Shown here in pieces: positions 23,979 through 33,890 of a DNA stretch of 64,000 nucleotides (within the stretch, counting starts at the first letter, position 1; each line of letters starts with the position of its first letter). The position numbers were made by a program, and so were the translations under genes. Origin of the DNA: Candidatus Oxydemutatoraceae bacterium (lineage in GTDB: Bacteria > Pseudomonadota > Gammaproteobacteria > Poriferisulfidales > Oxydemutatoraceae); contig OZ244717.1 of NCBI GenBank assembly GCA_965218975.1, forward strand, positions 1,888,001 through 1,952,000. Direction: 5' to 3'. The notes under the pieces are model-generated. The model was not told where the DNA came from and did no database searches. It saw only the letters and a program-made list of their open reading frames with translations.

Positions 23979-24517
23979 AATAATGGTCTCTCCGTTGCAT
24001 GAACGATTGCAATCAACCGCTCAATCATCGCCGCAGAGTTCCAATCCCGCGAACCTACCGCTCGATATAATCGTCGCCCGTCGGGACTTAATAAATAAGT
24101 CGTCGGGATCGCCGGTATTCCCCAATCCACCATCATTAACTCTAAATCCAATAATATAGTATAACTAAACTCGCTGAACTGTAGCATTTTATTCACTCTT
24201 TCAAGAGAATCACCGGCGTTGATCGCCAACACCGCAACATTAAATTTTCGTAATTGCCGATATGCATATTCCAACCCTGCCATATCCTGCCGACAATGTG
24301 AACAGTCCACCGACCAAAAATTAACCAACAAGTATTTACCGCGGTAATCTTTCAAATGATGTAAGTTACCTAGCCGGTCGGGCAAAGTAAAATCGGGAGC
24401 AACGTCGTTAGGAGGAATGCGATCAAAACGTAATACATCGTCGGCAATAACCGATGTGCTGATGCCCATTGTCCCGAGCAGCAGACATAACAATAAAGTT
24501 CTCAATAAGCTGTGCAT
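23975..24517 (-). CDS. Exported TlpA/redoxin-family thiol-disulfide oxidoreductase
   Basis: Signal peptide, APDFTL, LVNFWSVDCSHC (CxxC), IPTTYL cis-Pro motif. Confidence 0.88.
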   Translation of the reverse strand: MHSLLRTLLLCLLLGTMGISTSVIADDVLRFDRIPPNDVAPDFTLPDRLGNLHHLKDYRGKYLLVNFWSVDCSHCRQDMAGLEYAYRQLRKFNVAVLAINAGDSLERVNKMLQFSEFSYTILLDLELMMVDWGIPAIPTTYLLSPDGRRLYRAVGSRDWNSAAMIERLIAIVHATERPLL

Positions 24518-24542
24518 GGATGAAAAATTATCATTCCTAAAA

Positions 24543-25856
24543 TCATCGGATCAATAAGCTATTATCATGTCCGTCCGCTTCGCCGATGGGTGCAGCAAAC
24601 GCATCGGCAATCAATACGGAAATATTATCGCCGGTTAACGTTCGCATAAAAGCAACCAGTGCCAAACGTTCCTCCATAGCCAAACCCAACGGACGTATCA
24701 ATGGGCTTAAATTCTTATTGGGAATCCCACCCTGATTGTAAAAATCCACCACTTCCTCTAAAGTGGAAAATTCGCCATTGTGCATATACGGAGCAGTCAA
24801 CGCGATATTTCTAAGCGTCGGAGTGTTGTATTTCCAACGGTCGGCAGGATCTTGGGTAATTTCATACAAACCGAGATCATTTTTCTTTATTTGTCGCGTC
24901 ACGCCATGAAGTGTGGCACGATCCAACTTTGCAAATACACCGGAAGCGATTTGCACGCGCGTCTCTTCCGCATCGCGCAACATTGAGTCATAATAGCCGA
25001 TGCCGGTATTATGTAACAGCCCGTCCGTGAATAAAGCTTCTTTGTCGCCGACTCGATGACAATTGACGCATTGCGCTTTGCCCATGAACAGCTCGAATCC
25101 AAGTCTTTCTTCGTCGTTTAATACGCTTGCATCACTGCCATAATACCACCGATCGAAACGTGATGCGGCAGAAATCAACGTCCTTTGGTATTGCGCCAAC
25201 GCTTGCCCGACATTCTCTATAGTCGGCCCGCGGTCGAATGCTTTTTTAAACCGATCTTTATATTCCGGAACTCGTTTAAGTTTATCCAAGACATAACCGA
25301 TCGATGGATTCGCCATCTCATTATGCGCCAATAACGGACTCCAAACCTGATTTTCAAGAGAACTTTCTCGACCATCAGCAAATAAATGCTTACGATAAGC
25401 GACATTTAACAGAGTCGGCGCATTGCGTCGCGCACTACGCCCTTCGACACCAATTGCGGTCTTGATTTCATTATTAGTGAAACCCATCTCCGCGATATGG
25501 CAGATGGCACATGACATGGTATTATTAAGAGACAAACGGCGGTCGTAAAATAACTGCCTGCCGAGCGCAATCTTCTCCTCGTTCATAGGGTTGTCCGCGG
25601 GTACCGGCAGCGCCGGCAGACCCAACGGTATATTTTGAACGATCGCATATAAATCTGCCGCTTGAGCGTGCCGCTTTTGTATGCTTTTCGATTGTGTACG
25701 GTATGCCTTAGTTGCATAGTCGCCACTATAGTCACGCGTAACGGGCGACGTATCCATGTTGTCACTTGGTCCGTCGGCAGTAACACTCCGCAGCATAGGG
25801 GAAAAAACGACTATCGCTAATAAAATAAAGTATAGAAGATGCGGAAAGGGGGGCAT
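24543..25856 (-). CDS. MauG/di-heme cytochrome c peroxidase family protein
   Basis: Two CxxCH (CAICH, CVNCH), LGRQLFYDRRLS, RNAPT, TPTLRNIALTAPYMHNG; adjacent to mtoX. Confidence 0.93.
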   Translation of the reverse strand: MPPFPHLLYFILLAIVVFSPMLRSVTADGPSDNMDTSPVTRDYSGDYATKAYRTQSKSIQKRHAQAADLYAIVQNIPLGLPALPVPADNPMNEEKIALGRQLFYDRRLSLNNTMSCAICHIAEMGFTNNEIKTAIGVEGRSARRNAPTLLNVAYRKHLFADGRESSLENQVWSPLLAHNEMANPSIGYVLDKLKRVPEYKDRFKKAFDRGPTIENVGQALAQYQRTLISAASRFDRWYYGSDASVLNDEERLGFELFMGKAQCVNCHRVGDKEALFTDGLLHNTGIGYYDSMLRDAEETRVQIASGVFAKLDRATLHGVTRQIKKNDLGLYEITQDPADRWKYNTPTLRNIALTAPYMHNGEFSTLEEVVDFYNQGGIPNKNLSPLIRPLGLAMEERLALVAFMRTLTGDNISVLIADAFAAPIGEADGHDNSLLIR

Positions 25857-25891
25857 ACTTTATTGCTTAAGCGCAGATCTCTCGCTTAGAG

Positions 25892-26605
25892 TTATTCCAT
25901 CAAGAGAGTTTGGATGTCGGCAATCAAAATGTCGGGGTGAAGGAAATCAACCCCATAAATATTACGTATCCGCTGATGTTGATCAATCAAATACACTTTC
26001 AACATGTGAGATGAAACACGACTTGTCAAACCTTCTTGCGTATTTTCAAACTGACGCAAAACCGATTGCCCATAGCTTTTTAACGTCTTTTGCATTGCCG
26101 AACGCGGATAGCTGACGTCAAAAGTCCCAAACAACCATTCAAACGAATCGCTTTGGAAATCCCGACCGTAAGTTTTCATGACTTCCGGCGTATCGTTCTC
26201 CGGATCAAAACTGATGGAAAGCAAACGTAATTTTGAAGTAATGTCGGCATGACTCTGTAGGCGCTGTTTAACCGCATGCATGACAAAAGTGGAAAGCGGA
26301 CAGCCATTCATGTCGTCGCAACTTGCATAAATAAAACTGAGTACCGTCAATTTGTTGCCGATAAGAATTTCACGCAAGCGGGCTTTACTCCGGTCGGAAA
26401 GAACAATATTTGCGTCAGCGGCTTTACCTAACGGCGGCAATTGATAGGCCCCCGCTTGAGGGGGGGGGAATTTCAAATTCCCCCAACCGGGCGCAAGCAG
26501 CTGAACTTCAATCTTTTCAGCTGCATTAGCCGTTTGAATCGTCATCATCACGATAACAACCGTCACCATTGTTGCAATCAACGTATTCCGAAAGACTTTC
26601 ATCAC
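25892..26605 (-). CDS. SCO1/SenC-family copper chaperone
   Basis: FIYASCDDMNGCP, SISFDPENDTPE, distal His in SHMLKVYLID. Confidence 0.9.
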   Translation of the reverse strand: MMKVFRNTLIATMVTVVIVMMTIQTANAAEKIEVQLLAPGWGNLKFPPPQAGAYQLPPLGKAADANIVLSDRSKARLREILIGNKLTVLSFIYASCDDMNGCPLSTFVMHAVKQRLQSHADITSKLRLLSISFDPENDTPEVMKTYGRDFQSDSFEWLFGTFDVSYPRSAMQKTLKSYGQSVLRQFENTQEGLTSRVSSHMLKVYLIDQHQRIRNIYGVDFLHPDILIADIQTLLME

Positions 26606-26663
26606 CTGAACAACACTCCTCCGCTACAGGAATTTCGGTAAAATAAGTATAGCATTAAAGAAT

Positions 26664-26691
26664 AAAAAAGACCGCCCGAAGGCGGTCTTTA
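26664..26691 (-). terminator. Intrinsic terminator after mtoX
   Basis: Minus strand AAAGACCGCC-TTCG-GGCGGTCTTTTTT. Confidence 0.85.
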
Positions 26692-26719
26692 AGGGGACTT
26701 TTCGACGGGATAAGCGCGA

Positions 26720-28078
26720 TTACTTCACAACCGAGACTGCAAACTCAGCAGGTCTATTTTCCACAGGCGCATCGGCGTACAACGAATAAGCACCAAAGCG
26801 CATTTGATGCGATCTGCCCAATTTCTCTTTCACAAAATCAATCGCAAATTGCAGCTTCATTTTCTTGCCGTCCCAATGGAACAGTTTCAAATATTGCTCA
26901 TCGTCTTTGCCGGTTTTGTCCCATCTTGAAAGCAAAGAAGAAGTATAGTACAGACGCGCGCCGTCCCAGCTTTGCGAAATCATGTTGACTTGCGAACCAA
27001 CTACGTGCTCGTAAACTTGCTTGGCATTAAACGGATCGGATATATCAAAGAATCGAGTCTTGCCGTCCATAAAAGTTTGCACCCAAAGCCCTTGATCGTC
27101 GGCGGTGATGGAAATATCTACCGGCAATGGCACTGATGCCGGATCACCGATCGTGCCCACCTCTTTGGCATGCCAATCATTATCCTCTTCATAGATCAAC
27201 CAAATCTTAGAAGTTAAAGCGGTAGTCGTAAAACAATAGTTATTTGTCGGTTGCCATGCGCAGCGAATTTCCAACGGAGCGCCCGGAACATCAAGCACTT
27301 TTTTCGGCTTGCGCGTATGCAGATTCCAAACTACCATCGTATTACCAAAACGCTTCATCGCTTCCTGATCTTTCAACATCTGGCCGAAATCCATCATATA
27401 GTTGCTCCAACCGGTAAACGAAGATGTCAGCATCATGTTGCGTCGCGGCAAAGCACGAATATCATAACCAAAACCATCGGCATAGTCGCCGGTTTTATCG
27501 GCGCCACGTAAATCTCCGTCGGTCGGCATCCAGTGCGCGGCAACAAATTGACCATCATTGGTGTACTCGGCAAGACCGGTACGTCCGCCATGGTCACGGT
27601 TATTGGACAATGCGCTAATCATCATTCTGCCCGGGAGCGCATAGAAAGTATGCGGCCCTACCAAACCTTGCGTTTTCTTCACAAAATTCCGAATCACTTT
27701 ATGCAACTTCGGTTCGCGTGGATTGGAATGAACATCAAATACAAAAATCTTGTTACTGTCCAAACCGCCGGCCCACAAATAATGACGATCGTCGGATAAA
27801 CCGGAGTGATGCGCCTCATTGCGTCCGCCGACCGATAAGGTATTCACCACTTTTCCATAAGTTTTAGATTTGGGATTGACATCAATCGTTACCAGCTTAT
27901 CTTGTTCGTCGCCAAGTCCTTCAACGCCCAAAGTCCAGACATAAACATAATCTTCCTGACCGACAATCTTCGGCATGTATGGCGACATACAGGTTTCATC
28001 CGCTTGAACGGCAATCCCCATTAACAGCGATGCAACGCAAATTGCTAAAAACCGAATAATAAATTTATTTTTTTTCAT
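26720..28078 (-). CDS. mtoX: Methanethiol oxidase (SBP56 family), exported
   Basis: Signal peptide then ADETCMSPY...GQEDYVYVWTLG; EAHH, GPHT, FTGW, RWDK, HQMRF motifs; followed by SCO and MauG-like genes. Confidence 0.93.
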   Translation of the reverse strand: MKKNKFIIRFLAICVASLLMGIAVQADETCMSPYMPKIVGQEDYVYVWTLGVEGLGDEQDKLVTIDVNPKSKTYGKVVNTLSVGGRNEAHHSGLSDDRHYLWAGGLDSNKIFVFDVHSNPREPKLHKVIRNFVKKTQGLVGPHTFYALPGRMMISALSNNRDHGGRTGLAEYTNDGQFVAAHWMPTDGDLRGADKTGDYADGFGYDIRALPRRNMMLTSSFTGWSNYMMDFGQMLKDQEAMKRFGNTMVVWNLHTRKPKKVLDVPGAPLEIRCAWQPTNNYCFTTTALTSKIWLIYEEDNDWHAKEVGTIGDPASVPLPVDISITADDQGLWVQTFMDGKTRFFDISDPFNAKQVYEHVVGSQVNMISQSWDGARLYYTSSLLSRWDKTGKDDEQYLKLFHWDGKKMKLQFAIDFVKEKLGRSHQMRFGAYSLYADAPVENRPAEFAVSVVK

Positions 28079-28166
28079 GTTTTCTTGCTCCTTTTAATGA
28101 AAAAACGTTTCCTCCCCGTTTGCAAAATTAGCTATCGGACTGTGCTGATTTTATTACTATGAACGA

Positions 28167-28194
28167 GCAATATCTTGCCGAACCAAGATATTGC
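28167..28194. promoter_or_regulatory. Perfect 11-bp inverted repeat upstream of mtoX (candidate operator)
   Basis: GCAATATCTTG-ccgaac-CAAGATATTGC about 90 nt upstream of the mtoX start. Confidence 0.45.
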
Positions 28195-28307
28195 AGCCTA
28201 ACAGATAATCTGTACCGGGGCATTTGAGTATCATAAGTTAAAAAACGTAAGCCCTATATTAAACAAATATACAGAAAATTGCATACTTACTTTAAGGTAC
28301 AGCGACT

Positions 28308-28802
28308 TCACTCCTGCTCGTGTGCTAATAACCACCGCTTCTTGTCCAGCATGAATTTCCCTTTGCCGTCGCGGCAAAAACCTCCCAAACTACCATCGGC
28401 GGCAATAATCCGATGACAAGGAATAATGATGGGTATCGGATTGCGCCCGCAGGCATTGCCGACAGCACGGGGACCAGTGCGAATACGTTTGGCAAAAACG
28501 CCGTAAGTCAATGTTTGACCGGCACGCATCCGTAACAGATTTGCCCAAACTTTGCGCTGAAAATCCGTACCCTCCAGCGCCAGCTTCAAGTCGAAACGCC
28601 ATCGCGGGTCGCCAAAATAAAGTTCCAATTGTTTGACGGCGCGCTTGGCAATGGCGCTGCTCGGGGTATGGCTTGAAACCGCTGTACCCGATCGAGGCGG
28701 AGCAAATGAGACACCGCTCACCGCATCATCCGCCGTCGTAGAAATAATCAGCTTGCCGATAGGGGAAGCCATCACGCAACGGTCAACGGTTTGCTCAAAC
28801 AT
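28308..28802 (-). CDS. ogt: O6-methylguanine-DNA methyltransferase
   Basis: GTDFQRKVW, RAVGNACGRNPIPIIIPCHRII active-site motif. Confidence 0.95.
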   Translation of the reverse strand: MFEQTVDRCVMASPIGKLIISTTADDAVSGVSFAPPRSGTAVSSHTPSSAIAKRAVKQLELYFGDPRWRFDLKLALEGTDFQRKVWANLLRMRAGQTLTYGVFAKRIRTGPRAVGNACGRNPIPIIIPCHRIIAADGSLGGFCRDGKGKFMLDKKRWLLAHEQE

Positions 28803-28826
28803 CGGTCGGTACCCGCAAGCCGAATG

Positions 28827-28898
28827 AGCGGGCGAGGGGAATCGAACCCCCCTCGCTAGCTTGGGAAGCTAGGGTAATAACCACTATACGACGCCCGC
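28827..28898 (-). tRNA. tRNA-Gly(CCC), CCA not encoded
   Basis: GCGGGCG/CGCCCGC acceptor stem, CTAGC-TTCCCAA-GCTAG anticodon arm, GGTTCGATTCC. Confidence 0.93.
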
Positions 28899-29052
28899 AC
28901 GCATCATAGATCGCAATGTTCATCATCCAACAATGGCATTATTATCGGGTATCCCGGCATCGCGATGCAATAGCCCCTTAGTTCATTCTGATTAAAGACC
29001 CGTTACAGAATGTACAGCAACCTCTATCACGCTCAGGCGCGGCGCCATGCGT

Positions 29053-29409
29053 TTATTTTTTCCTAAGTTTCTCTTTGATGCGTGCGGCTTTGCCGGTTAA
29101 TCCGCGCAAGTAATAGAGTTTGGCACGACGTACTTTACCGCGCCGTTTGACTTGAATTTTCTGAATCAGCGGGCTATAAGTTTGGAAAACACGCTCGACA
29201 CCCACTCCATAAGAAATCTTTCTGACAGTAAAAGATGAATTCAGTCCGCGATTACGTTTAGCGATTACTTCTCCAGCAAATGCTTGCAAACGTTCGCGGG
29301 TGCCTTCTTTCACACGCACTTGCACGACAACGCTGTCGCCCGGTGAAAAGTCGGGAACAATCTTGTCGCCGATCATCTCATTTTCAATTTCCCGGATCAA
29401 ATTTTCCAT
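29053..29409 (-). CDS. rplS: 50S ribosomal protein L19
   Basis: [35 protein letters not shown]. Confidence 0.98.
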   Translation of the reverse strand: MENLIREIENEMIGDKIVPDFSPGDSVVVQVRVKEGTRERLQAFAGEVIAKRNRGLNSSFTVRKISYGVGVERVFQTYSPLIQKIQVKRRGKVRRAKLYYLRGLTGKAARIKEKLRKK

Positions 29410-29542
29410 CGTTTCTTCTTTATCCGATTGCCTCTCATCGGGTTGCTATACCTTGCTCGTAAGCAATATTAAAGGCCCTATAAGCTACCAGCATTACCGC
29501 GTGAGCTTCACAGGCCAACTTGAAAAAGGCAGAATTATACAC

Positions 29543-30310
29543 TCATTTCGGCAAATCTTCCCAGTGTAAATTATGCTGCGCCGCATATTCGCTAAGCAGT
29601 CCCCGTTCATACTCAGACAATGAACGACGCTTCAACAAGTCGGGACGCCGCTCAAGCGTTCTGCCTAACGTCTGTTGCAAGCGCCAGCGTGCAATTTCAC
29701 CGTGATTTCCGCTGATCAGTACATCAGGCACCCGGCTTCCCTGATAATCCACCGGGCGCGTATAGTGCGGAAAATCGAGCAATCCGGTCATAAACGCATC
29801 ATTTTCCACAGAATCTTTATTACCCAACACCCCCGGACATTGACGCGCTACCGCATCAATTAATACCATTGCCGCCGATTCGCCGCCGCTGACGACATAA
29901 TCGCCAAGCGAATACTCTTCATCAACTTCCGCTTCAATGATGCGTTGATCAACACCCTTGTAACGCCCGCACAATAGTATGAGACCTTTAAACTGCGCAA
30001 GCATATTTATCTTAGCTTGCGTCAACGGCGTGCCTTGCGCGCTAAGATAAATAACTTTGCGCCGATCGGAATGCAGCTGTGCCGCTTTGGCCGCCCGTAG
30101 CACGCGACCGATAGGTTCTGCCGACATCACCATTCCGTCCCCCCCGCCGTAGGGACGGTCATCCGTATTACAGTGCGGAGGGTCAGCATAATCACGCACG
30201 TTATGAGTGTGTACTTGAATTAACTGTTGCCGGATCGCTCTTCCCAGCACACCAAAACGAATAAACGCGCCGATTATCTCGGGAAAAATAGCGACAACAT
30301 CAATACGCAT
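29543..30310 (-). CDS. trmD: tRNA (m1G37) methyltransferase
   Basis: DDRPYGGG, LCGRYKGVDQR, SLGDYVVSGGE, PHYTRP. Confidence 0.97.
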   Translation of the reverse strand: MRIDVVAIFPEIIGAFIRFGVLGRAIRQQLIQVHTHNVRDYADPPHCNTDDRPYGGGDGMVMSAEPIGRVLRAAKAAQLHSDRRKVIYLSAQGTPLTQAKINMLAQFKGLILLCGRYKGVDQRIIEAEVDEEYSLGDYVVSGGESAAMVLIDAVARQCPGVLGNKDSVENDAFMTGLLDFPHYTRPVDYQGSRVPDVLISGNHGEIARWRLQQTLGRTLERRPDLLKRRSLSEYERGLLSEYAAQHNLHWEDLPK

Positions 30311-30844
30311 TTAAGCAAGCCATTCTTTATCCCAATCCACCGTCATCTTCCGACAGTCAAAGTCTATTGCTTTGATATAAACTTGATGAACATAGGGTAT
30401 GAAATACTCAGCGCCTTGTTGCGAATCGCTGACAGTAACAATATCGTGAGTGCCGGTTGCCACCATACGTTTGATTGTTCCCAATCGCTCCCCGCGCATG
30501 TTTATTACTTCAAGCCCGACCAGCTGATACCAGTAATATTCTTGCTCCGCTAACGGCGGCAAGCTATCTGATGTAATGCTAATAACGCACCCGCGATAAG
30601 CGGTTGCCTGCGCGCAATCATCAATACCTTGCAACTTGGCAACCAAGCTTTGATTGTGCGGACGTGCTGCCGCAACCGGAAAAGGCTTTGTCACCGACGA
30701 TAGATACCATATCGGATATGCGGAGATTTGATTACACGGATCACAATAAGAAAAAATTTTTAACCAGCCTTTAATGCCGAAAGCATCAACAACTTTACCA
30801 ATTTCCACCCGCTCTGCAGTATGCCCGGTATCGCGCTCAACCAC
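30311..30844 (-). CDS. rimM: Ribosome maturation factor RimM
   Basis: GKVVDAFGIKGWLKI, EYYWYQLVG, C-terminal VDW; operon context. Confidence 0.95.
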   Translation of the reverse strand: MVERDTGHTAERVEIGKVVDAFGIKGWLKIFSYCDPCNQISAYPIWYLSSVTKPFPVAAARPHNQSLVAKLQGIDDCAQATAYRGCVISITSDSLPPLAEQEYYWYQLVGLEVINMRGERLGTIKRMVATGTHDIVTVSDSQQGAEYFIPYVHQVYIKAIDFDCRKMTVDWDKEWLA

Positions 30845-30867
30845 AGTGGTTTACATCCGAAGAGAAT

Positions 30868-31128
30868 TCAGGAAGTATGATTACTCTGTTTCCTAAATTG
30901 CTTAATTAAACTTGCGACTCGCGCAGACGCTTTGCCGCCCTTCCGCATCCAGTAGTCTATTCGTTCCCGATTCATCACCAAAGGAATTTCATCGCCTTTG
31001 GCAATCGGATTAAAGTGTCCGAGCCGCTCAATATAACCGCTATCGCGAGGTTTGCGCGAATCGGTAACGACGATATCGTAAAAAGGCCGCTTCTTCGCGC
31101 CACGTCTTGATAAACGAATTGTAACCAT
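30868..31128 (-). CDS. rpsP: 30S ribosomal protein S16
   Basis: MVTIRLSRRGAKKRPFY...IERLGHFNP. Confidence 0.98.
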   Translation of the reverse strand: MVTIRLSRRGAKKRPFYDIVVTDSRKPRDSGYIERLGHFNPIAKGDEIPLVMNRERIDYWMRKGGKASARVASLIKQFRKQSNHTS

Positions 31129-31232
31129 AATGGCGGCATTATACCGATTTCTCCTAGCGTTGACGAATATATATATCTCACCGCATATAAAATATTTGAA
31201 AATATCTGTCCGCCGTTAATTAAAGCGTTTTC

Positions 31233-32432
31233 TTACGATAACACACGATGATATTCCGCCACGCTAATCATACCTTCGGTCAACAGATCCTTACCAACAG
31301 CGGTCAAGTTCTTGCCGCCAAGAGTAAAACGCGATAATTCGTCGGGTGTTCCACCTTGCGCGATTCGTTCACGCACTGTGGCATCTACTTCTAACATCTC
31401 ATAAATACCGCGCCGTTTCTTATAACCGGTATAAGCGCAACGTTCGCATCCTTTGCCGACAAATACCGGTATGTCGCTTCCAAGCAATTTATGTGCGCGA
31501 CTTATATCTTCAATTTTACAATGCGGACAAATCAAACGCAGCAAACGCTGTGATAAAATCAAACTCAATGCGACGCTGACTAAGTGATGCGGCAAGCCTA
31601 GCCCCACTAGACGCAAGATAGTCGTCGCTGCATCATTCGTATGCAAAGTACTGAGCACCAGATGTCCGGTCAATGCCGCTTTGATCGCAATATCAGCGGT
31701 TTCATAATCACGAATTTCACCGATGAAAATAATCTCCGGATCTTGACGTAAAAATGCGCGCAAAATATGACTGAAAGTCAATCCGGCATCATCATAAACT
31801 TGCACTTGTCCGACACCTTCAATGCGCTTTTCAATAGGATTTTCGATCGTCAAAATATTTACATCTTCACGATTCAAATAATTAATCATCGTATACAAAC
31901 TAGTCGTCTTGCCGCTACCCGTTGGTCCGGTAACTATGACCATACCTTGACTTGCGTTCAGCGTCGCTTCAATTCTGCTTATCTGGGAGACACTCATCCC
32001 CAATGCCGCAAAATCAAATTCTTCCGACTTTTTAATTAAAAAACGCAGCACGAATCGCTCACCGGTCACTGCCGGCAAAATCGATACCCGAATGTCCACT
32101 TGTCCATATTTGCAATCGAAAGTAAAACCGCCCTCTTGCATTGAACGCTGATTGGAAATATCTAACGCAGCAAGCACTTTGATACGGATCGCAATCGCCG
32201 AATACTGATCAAATAAAAAAACCCCGGTCGCAACCTTTTTTAATAATCCGTTCAAACGATAACGTAACCGCGCAGTGAATTCATAACACTCAAGATGCAC
32301 ATCGCTAGCCCGCAAACGCACCGCTTGTGTCAGCATTTTCTCAACGAATCCGATCACCGATCTTCCATATCCGGTATCCGGTATCCGCAACTGATCACGA
32401 TCATTTTCCATATCGGTCCACGTATCATTCAT
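31233..32432 (-). CDS. PilB/GspE-family assembly ATPase lacking the long N-terminal domain
   Basis: ASDVHLE, GPTGSGKTT, LRQDPEIIFIGEIRD, STLHTND, CPHC...CERC. Confidence 0.9.
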   Translation of the reverse strand: MNDTWTDMENDRDQLRIPDTGYGRSVIGFVEKMLTQAVRLRASDVHLECYEFTARLRYRLNGLLKKVATGVFLFDQYSAIAIRIKVLAALDISNQRSMQEGGFTFDCKYGQVDIRVSILPAVTGERFVLRFLIKKSEEFDFAALGMSVSQISRIEATLNASQGMVIVTGPTGSGKTTSLYTMINYLNREDVNILTIENPIEKRIEGVGQVQVYDDAGLTFSHILRAFLRQDPEIIFIGEIRDYETADIAIKAALTGHLVLSTLHTNDAATTILRLVGLGLPHHLVSVALSLILSQRLLRLICPHCKIEDISRAHKLLGSDIPVFVGKGCERCAYTGYKKRRGIYEMLEVDATVRERIAQGGTPDELSRFTLGGKNLTAVGKDLLTEGMISVAEYHRVLS

Positions 32433-33883
32433 GCCGAAATTTTGGGGGCAATAAACACCAGCAATTGTCTGACATCGCGATTTTTCTCGCTTTGACGAAA
32501 TACTCTTCCAATAATGGGTAATTTGCCGAATAAAGGCACTTCCCCTATCGTCGCAACTTTGGTGTTTAGATAAATACCGCCGATCACGACAACTGCTCCG
32601 TTCGACACTTTGAGCTTGGTAGAAACTTGCCGGCGAGTGATCGGCGGATTCGGCACTCGAGTGTCGACTGTGTCTTTATTTACCGTAATATTTAGCAATA
32701 ATGTTTCCTCATTAATAATCGTCGGCGTTACCGCAAGACGAATTCCGGCCTCTTTAAACTCGGTTTGAGTGCCGCTTTCGGAGACAGTAAAATACGGCAC
32801 CTCGTCTCCTTGAAAAATAATCGCTTCTTGATTTTCCAATGTGAAAATTTTCGGATTGGAAACAATCCTTGATTTCCCCTGACGTTCCAACGCGGTCAAT
32901 TCCAAACGTAAGCGACTGCGATCAAACAAAATCTCAATGCCGGAATTGGGATTTATCGTCGCTAAATCCACCCCTAACCCATCACTATCTAACGCGCCTG
33001 CCAAGCGAATATGATCCTTATCCGAGGTGCGAAATCCCAACCGCATTCCTAAATTACGTTCAAAATCGTCATTCGCTTCAACAATAAACGCTTCAATTTC
33101 GACTTGTCGAACCGGCTGATCAAGGTGTTTGGTCAAAGCGCCTATCAATTGAGTATCCTCTGGTCCCGCCTTCACAATTAACGAACGAGTGCGCCGATCA
33201 ACACTGAACATCGGTTGATCTTTTTGTCCCTCAAACAAGGGTTCCAAAACCTCTTTCAGCGCCTGCGGTTGGATATAAGCAAGACGAAATAAATCCGCCC
33301 GTCGGGACGCAACCGACGCCGCAGTTTGTAGAGGCTGTTTAACGGCTTTATCCGCCGCCGGATTGTCGGGTGAACGATTCAACGCAGTAAACACTATTAT
33401 CCGGCGTGCTTGCCGCACATCAAAATGATGGGTTCGCGCCACCATCGCAACGGCATCTCGCCATGGCAAATCGTCCAAAGAAGCAGTGATCAAAAGATTC
33501 TGCATGTTACTTTCAACGATAAAATTTTTAGCGGTAACGTTCGCCAACATGTCGGCAAACATTTGTAACGGCAACCGCTTAATCTTGACAGTCACAATGT
33601 CGCCCCCTCGCAACCAATCTGTCGATTGCGAGTCATTCTTTTGCGGTAATAAAATCGGCTGATGCAAAGTGTCTCTGCTTGGCGGCGGTAAAACTATCCC
33701 AGATTGTTGCGTGGTGCGATTGGCGATTGCATTGCGCATATCAGATTCGGTTTGCCGCGCTTGGCGATTATCAATCAACGAATCACTCAGCCTCATCTCA
33801 TTCGCATGTTTCTGAGAAGAACAGCCCGGCAATAACACGATTACAAACAAAATACTAAATTTGAAAGCATAAACTTTACTCAT
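32429..33883 (-). CDS. pilQ: PilQ-like secretin with lipoprotein signal
   Basis: LLPGC lipobox; QVEIEAFIVE, TEFKEAGIRLAVTP, VVIGGIY, LLVFIAPKI. Confidence 0.88.
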   Translation of the reverse strand: MSKVYAFKFSILFVIVLLPGCSSQKHANEMRLSDSLIDNRQARQTESDMRNAIANRTTQQSGIVLPPPSRDTLHQPILLPQKNDSQSTDWLRGGDIVTVKIKRLPLQMFADMLANVTAKNFIVESNMQNLLITASLDDLPWRDAVAMVARTHHFDVRQARRIIVFTALNRSPDNPAADKAVKQPLQTAASVASRRADLFRLAYIQPQALKEVLEPLFEGQKDQPMFSVDRRTRSLIVKAGPEDTQLIGALTKHLDQPVRQVEIEAFIVEANDDFERNLGMRLGFRTSDKDHIRLAGALDSDGLGVDLATINPNSGIEILFDRSRLRLELTALERQGKSRIVSNPKIFTLENQEAIIFQGDEVPYFTVSESGTQTEFKEAGIRLAVTPTIINEETLLLNITVNKDTVDTRVPNPPITRRQVSTKLKVSNGAVVVIGGIYLNTKVATIGEVPLFGKLPIIGRVFRQSEKNRDVRQLLVFIAPKISA

Positions 33884-33890
33884 TGCATAC

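Noticed and set aside
28165-28182. Sigma54 promoter on the minus strand (CGGCAAGATATTGCT) upstream of mtoX
   Set aside because: GG-to-GC spacing is 9 nt rather than the required 10.
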